Below are positions 58,150 to 64,000 of a DNA stretch of 64,000 bases, piece by piece (positions within the stretch are counted from its first letter, which is position 1; every line of letters starts with the position of its first letter). A model generated the notes under the pieces. It searched no databases, had not been told where the DNA came from, and saw only the letters and a program-made list of their open reading frames with translations. Made by a program: the position numbers and the translations under genes. Source of the stretch: Phoronis australis (taxonomy: Eukaryota; Animalia; Phoronida); the NCBI GenBank assembly GCA_002633005.1, contig NMRA01000331.1, positions 1-64,000 of the forward strand. The letters are read 5' to 3'.

Positions 58150-58405
58150 AAAAAATCGGCTACGTACTGTTGTGGCTCAAGAATTTTAAAATTGCCCAGG
58201 GGGCACAGGGGTAGCTGGATACATCCGAAAGTTTGCTGATGGCGTCCCATCTATAAAAGGAACACATGTGCAAAATTCCATGAACATTCGTCAAAGGATG
58301 TTGGAGATAGAGCATAAAAAGCCGGAAACCGGACGGACGCCAGACGGACGCCAGACGGACGCCGGCGGACGGGGATGATGTCATAATGCGTCCGCACATA
58401 AATAA
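58150..58405 (+). mobile_element. 3' part of HINE-like element
   Basis: GTCCCATCTATAAAAGGAACA(C/T)ATGTGCAAAATT shared with 23747-23780; (GACG)n; ATAATGCGTCCGCACATA. Confidence 0.8.
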
Positions 58406-58627
58406 ATAGCAAATTGTCTCCATACCTTAACATGTTTTCCTAAGCCATGTTATGCGCATTAATAAATGCATCAAGTTTACAATATTCTATAAGAGAATGC
58501 ATGAAAAAGTCAACAGCTACCAAAAGGGGCGACTCAAAACTCAATAATCAAATGCTTCCTGTATTTTGACATCAAAGCCATTTTTTGTGCATTGATAAAT
58601 GCAACTAACTACATCTTAGTGCCATCT

Positions 58628-59030
58628 CCCTTTGATCGTTTGACCACGGCACCAGGAGGGGCAGCGATCGAATGTTGGATGTCAACCAACTAACTACACG
58701 CCACATGCTGTTTCGCTTTGGACCGTTTGACCACCAGGTGGGGCAGCTATTGCATGTTGGATGTCAATCACTTCACCCTTTGATCGTTTGACCACCAGGC
58801 GGAGCAGCTATTGGTAGTTGGTTGTCCTAACAGTTACCACCAACTCAATGCCTGTGTTTCATCCTTTCGCTTCCTTTTCACCGCCAGATATAGTACCTGT
58901 GTACGCAGCCAACTTAGTTTCTCTGTGAGAATGAAATTTCTCCTCCAGGTGGAGCAGCTACTGGTATTTATAAACGCAAACACGATCTGTTACTGATCAG
59001 TGTTTTTCCCTTCCAGATGGAGCAACCAGT
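58628..59030 (+). repeat. Tandem 60-100 bp repeats with CCACCAGGTGG(A/G)GCAGC core
   Basis: TTTGATCGTTTGACCACCAGG.GG.GCAGCTATTG..TGTTGGATGTC units; cores near 58650, 58731, 58792, 58942, 59010. Confidence 0.75.
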
Positions 59031-60802
59031 TTACCTGGTTGTTTAACCATTTCTGGATACCAGTGGCACGTGCTTTGCAATTTGTTGGTTGCCATCCGAG
59101 TAAGGTGTACACCTAACTAGTTTGTTGACATCCATGTAACATTCTAATGTACATGTAGGTCAGGATCATGCATGATCTTGCGTTTTCACGAGGTTCTTTC
59201 ACCCACGCAACGCACGCCGAGCATGGTCCTTTTCTCCGACAAGACTATTCACATCGAATTGGGTATTCCATGGAGACTAGAATTGAAAAATTGTAAGTCA
59301 GGAAACGTTTTTAGTAAATAGGTATCTCAACGGAGAGTGTACTGCCAATGGCAAATCTACCTGCTTTTTTAATCGGATTGGGAGGCAGGGACTTCCATGC
59401 ATTGTCCCATATCCACTTGACAGTACTTTGGCCGGACAAGCTTACTAGTACGACCTGATCACTCCTGCAGGCTCACCGCTGGAGAGGCTCTCGAATTTAG
59501 AGCCGAAAGTTTCAAAGAAATTGTACTGATGATGACGACGGCGCCACGGAAACGCCAATAATTTTTCCTATTGCTTTTAGCAACTATGCATGACCGTTGG
59601 TATAGCTGTCACACCGACAACGGTTTGTATCACGCACACAGGGTCGATTAAATAAACTAATTTTCTTTCGAGCGGTAACAGACAAGCGGCTAGGAATCAC
59701 ATCAATTTGAACCGCCCTGCGGGCAATTGTAAGTAAAGATTACGGTAAACGCATTATATGGATGTCTTGTTGTTGGTGCCCCCGGGTCAAGATTCGCCAG
59801 CCTGTTTGCTGTGGGCACGTACATGCAAATGAACATATCTCATATAAGCGCGTACTCTTCCACAGTTTGTGCTTCTATCAAACGTTTTAAAAAGAGCCCT
59901 GTGGCTTACGAAATCTGCCGTGTATCACGTTGTTTCCCCAGTGGTTTTCCACAAGTTTGCAATGACTGACGTTGTTATGAAAACAAAAGTTTTAGAAGCG
60001 ATAACTGATTTTTAATAAGAAATACACCAGCAGTATATGGCTACACCTCTGCATATGGCTTTATGATTTTCTCCATCCTGAAATGCATCGAATAAATCCA
60101 TTGGTATGTTGATATTGCTATAACCCACTGCTTTTGCTTATTGTTCACTGCAAGGAATCGAGTGAAATTAATCGAAATGATAATAGAAAATGCTTCTAAA
60201 CTCATCTGTATACGCGTACCTGTATCTTTATCTGCAGTTGTATGAACAACAAACGAGTGTTAAAATACACTGGGACTTTTTCCATGTTACCTAACGGCCA
60301 TTCTGTCCATCCATTCAAAACAACGTGATTTATTATGTGGGCAAAATAAATATGTCGGTACTAGCTGATGACAGCATTTCCAGACAATGGATTCAGTCAT
60401 GCCAGAATTCCTAGCACAAAACAAACATGATGGATATCGTCCAATGGTCAATTAATTGCACATGCAACTGGATCCCTCACACGCATGCCTACGTCGCCTC
60501 CATAGGAATGAAGACAAAAGGCGAGTTGAGGGAGTTTATTGCAGAACGCGTAGCCAGTCAGCCCCGTTGATCTTTCACGAATACACCTTGAACGTCCCAG
60601 ATAGTAAATACTAAGCGAAAAAATGAATTATTTTTAAATAAATTACTTTACTAATCAAAGCTACTGTAAGAGGGTGACATTTCAATCAAATTACAAAAAA
60701 TAATCATTCGTTACCGTTTCATTGCCTGTTGTAAGTTTGGGTTATTGATATATACTTGGTCTTTGAAATGTCCGTCTTTGAAATAGCCCCAAAAATAACA
60801 TA

Positions 60803-61790
60803 AGCAACGCAAGCCATTGACGTATACCCGCGGTGCACCACAAACGCTACGTTTCTTGAAGAAATTACGCTGTATCAGTTGCATGAAACAACAATTTGAC
60901 TGTACTAGTCAGAATTGACAAAAAGCATTTGTACCTCACCTTATAAAATAACATCAAGTCAAACAGTTTATAAATAATCATTTTCAATATTTGCAGCAAA
61001 AAATATGACATTACCTCCAAAATGGAACGGCCACTAGGTGGTGCTTTCGTAGACCTACTGAGTCAAATCTTCCTGAAATTGGTTGGTACCATTGCATTGC
61101 TGTCATGTATCTTTGTATCAAACTTTGGTTGGAATCTGACAATTGCTTTTAAAATTATTATCCACAAGCGCTATCCTTCCCAAAAAAATAAAAAGCACCT
61201 TGTTAAGACAAAAATACCCAATAGGAGGTGCTTCAATAGTGAAATTCACCCAAAATCTACACATTGTTGTCGCATACATTTCTGTTGAATTTTATCTAAA
61301 TGCATCCATAAGTCCTTTCTATGTGGTCAGGAACCAATCTCCCTCCCAACTACTGATAATCCTCATCCCTGGCCACGGGGACAGGGAAAATTGAAAAGTG
61401 GCATTACCTAGTGATTCCCTACACCCTAGTGCCAAATTTCTTCAAAATACGACCACGAGTTCCCGAGATATCGAGGAGACATATGGACAACAGGATAAAA
61501 CGGCTACTAGGGACGCTGCAGTAGTCAAAATTGCCCGAAAATCGAAACTCTTCAATTGGTTATCTAGATAGTATCCGCAAACGCCTTACTCTCCAAAAGT
61601 ACTGTCTAAAAAGTCTAGTCGAAACAATAATGGTCACTAGACGGCGCTGCAATGGTTGCATCTACCTCAACATGGACTGGTGTCGGCGCTTTGTCGTCAC
61701 AAACTTCTGAGTCAAGTTTCGTCAAATTTCGGCTATCCGTTCTTTAGATATCACCCAGATCTCGCCCCCGAAAAATAGACTAGAGAAAAC
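60803..61790 (+). mobile_element. Diverged HINE-like element
   Basis: CCACTAGGTGGTGC at 61031 and related cores near 61219, 61503, 61634; segments similar to 51100-51365. Confidence 0.55.
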
Positions 61791-62964
61791 CAGGATGGAA
61801 ATTTTCAGTGCCAAGACCGTCGACTTGTTAAATCTATAGCCATGTACGTCGACAGTTGTTTTTTAAAGATAAAAGTTCTCTCCATATTAATCACTACCAA
61901 CGTATTTGTGACGTTCTAGAAAGCTTTTCTCTTATTCTGTCGAATTAATTTGGCAACTCCTTGAAATCTACAGCCATCAAGATGTTCAATTGATATAAAG
62001 AATTGTTTTGTACCTCCCATCCCATACTTCGGTCAAAAACCTCGTCATATCACTGAAAGAGGACTGACATATCATTGGTTGTGCTTCTAGATATAGGATC
62101 TTGTTAACATCACAGCGGCAACTAAAACATTCCGAGCTGGCAAATCTATGACATAAAGTGGAATTTCTGTTCCAAATCTATGGTAATCCCCTCAGAGATA
62201 AATCACCGAGATTAGCTGTTCAATTGTCTCAGCGAGCCTCGGTATTTTCACCGACAAACCTAAGAAACCCCGTACGGATTGGAAATCGATTTTCAATTAC
62301 AATATCTCGCTAATGCACATCTTTGGTTTACGGCTAAGCTAAAGTTGATTTAGTTTATAAATGACAGATAGTTGGAACATTCATAAATCTTGCGTCGGCA
62401 ATACGGCAAACCCATAAATCAAATTTAGTCACTATCAATCAAAGTGTGTTAAATTTGTTATCTACTTAGTTTGTTAAGGTAACTTTGCGTCTTTGGCAGC
62501 ACATATAGATAATCATTCCGTTAAATTTTAGTTAAAAATATTATAAGACGAAGTTAAACGCATCATTTTGAAGTAAGTGATGCGTTTTTCGAGAACTAAG
62601 AACACCCAGTAAAATAGTTCATGCACTGTTTGCGTTGCTTCACTGATGACGGGATTGCAAAATAATGTGAATATCAAAATTGATCTCGTCGTAATTAAAC
62701 GGCTAAAACTGGATCTATCGGTGTCCTTTGAAATCTTTGATAGTTAGCATAACGAGGTTTTAACATAATTACCTGATCTTGATAATCAGAAACGCGCATA
62801 TCGTATGAAAAGAATGTCCAATCAGTTGTACAGTCTCAATCGTGAAAAGAACAGGAGTATTCATTATATTTGACGGCAGAGTTCAAGGTCTAAGATATTC
62901 ATTCTCGGACACTTACACAAGCATAATACAGTGACAATATTCAGTGCTCGTTAAGGAGTTACAG

Positions 62965-63705
62965 TGACCATGAGTCCCGAGACCCGAGATCTATGTGTCC
63001 CATTTTGTGCATATCGGGGTTCTGTGTGTCCAGGCTTCTAAGTGTCCAGTTTTCTCTGCATCGGACGGGGTTCCATATGTCTCGGGTTCTGTGTGTCCCG
63101 ATGTGCTTGTCCCCCTGTAGAGAATGTTTAACATGCATGCATGTGAATGCCAGCATACGGGTGCGTTATTCTGTAGATTACCCGGATGCCTCATTCAAAT
63201 ACACGAAAGCCGGACAACTTCTCCGGGGGAACAATGATTACTTTCACAACGGGTTCTATGTGTCCCTGGTCAGCGTTCGACCAGCCAAAAAAATCATCAT
63301 AACATTCAATTTCTTACGAAACCTGCACATACCGCCTGTGGTTTGAATGTTATGTACGTTTTGGCTAAAAATGGCTGTTTTTGGGAAAATGTCACGTGAT
63401 CCTGACCTCGAATAATATCGTGTCAAAAGTGTCGAAAATTAATTGGGCGCCCTGGTGAGATTCTGTCAAGTGGTTCCAGAGATATGTCTGCGTGTAATTT
63501 ATGATATTAGGCCAAATTTTTACTTAATTATGCATGAAAATCAGGATTAATGAAGTCCATTTTTCCCTACATCGGGATTGAAAAAGCACTTCAAAATTTA
63601 CATGTGGGCTTAAAATTGCAACTGTAACTAAATCTTGCACATCTGTCCGCTTAGCGCCTGAAGTGTGACACGTAGAACCCGGGACACAAAGAACCAGTTA
63701 CGCAA
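62965..63705. mobile_element. MITE-like element with inverted subterminal 16-bp repeats
   Basis: GGGTTCT(A/G)TGTGTCCC repeats at 62985-63110 and 63251; reverse form AGAACCCGGGACACAAAGAACC at ~63674-63695. Confidence 0.5.
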
Positions 63706-64000
63706 TGCTGCTCTCCTTTATTAAGTTCTTCTAATATGCGACGATGCATTTCTGCGATTTGAAAACTTACGGTTCCATTGTGTTGGCAATTAGTTCTGAA
63801 AAATCTCAAGGAGTTGCGACTATTGGAAACGTGTTTTGACGTTACCTAATACAGAACCTTCAGTTGTTATCTCGAAAGACATTTTCCACTTTCATTACTG
63901 GTGAATTGCCGTGTATTTGCTGTCCGTTCAACAATAGAAAATGACGTAATTGGCTCAGTAAAAGACCCGCAATTTGATTCTTCGTTCACTGTCTTGAACG

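Noticed and set aside
49679-64000. Upstream NPR exons or promoter
   Set aside because: Candidate donors (~60937, 62770, 62912) gave no NPR-like frame. Treated as intron, though a diverged small exon could have been missed.

Overview
Eukaryotic, AT-rich, repeat-dense animal DNA. The repeat repertoire looks like a marine invertebrate, but the species cannot be identified from sequence. The whole window appears to lie inside one minus-strand gene, a natriuretic-peptide-receptor-like (NPR1/NPR2-type) receptor guanylyl cyclase. I read 13 GT-AG exons (49678 down to 5857, 1560 nt, consistent phases, no stops). They encode the distal ligand-binding domain, the juxtamembrane Cys pair, the transmembrane helix and most of the kinase-homology domain; no N-terminal or cyclase exons were found in the window. 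The introns are layered with mobile DNA: an Academ transposon with long TIRs and a 4-bp TSD, a Kolobok element with a TTAA TSD, Gmr1-like Gypsy remnants, a solo LTR with a 5-bp TSD split by a 3.4-kb insertion, Penelope, CR1/L2 and L1/Tx1 fragments, tRNA-derived SINEs, Helentron-associated (HINE-like) elements, MITEs and fold-backs. The most unusual signal is that at least three unrelated repeat families carry co-oriented arrays of CTCF-like motifs, one with ~140-146 bp spacing. Almost all ORFs in the supplied track are spurious. No novel protein-coding system could be supported.
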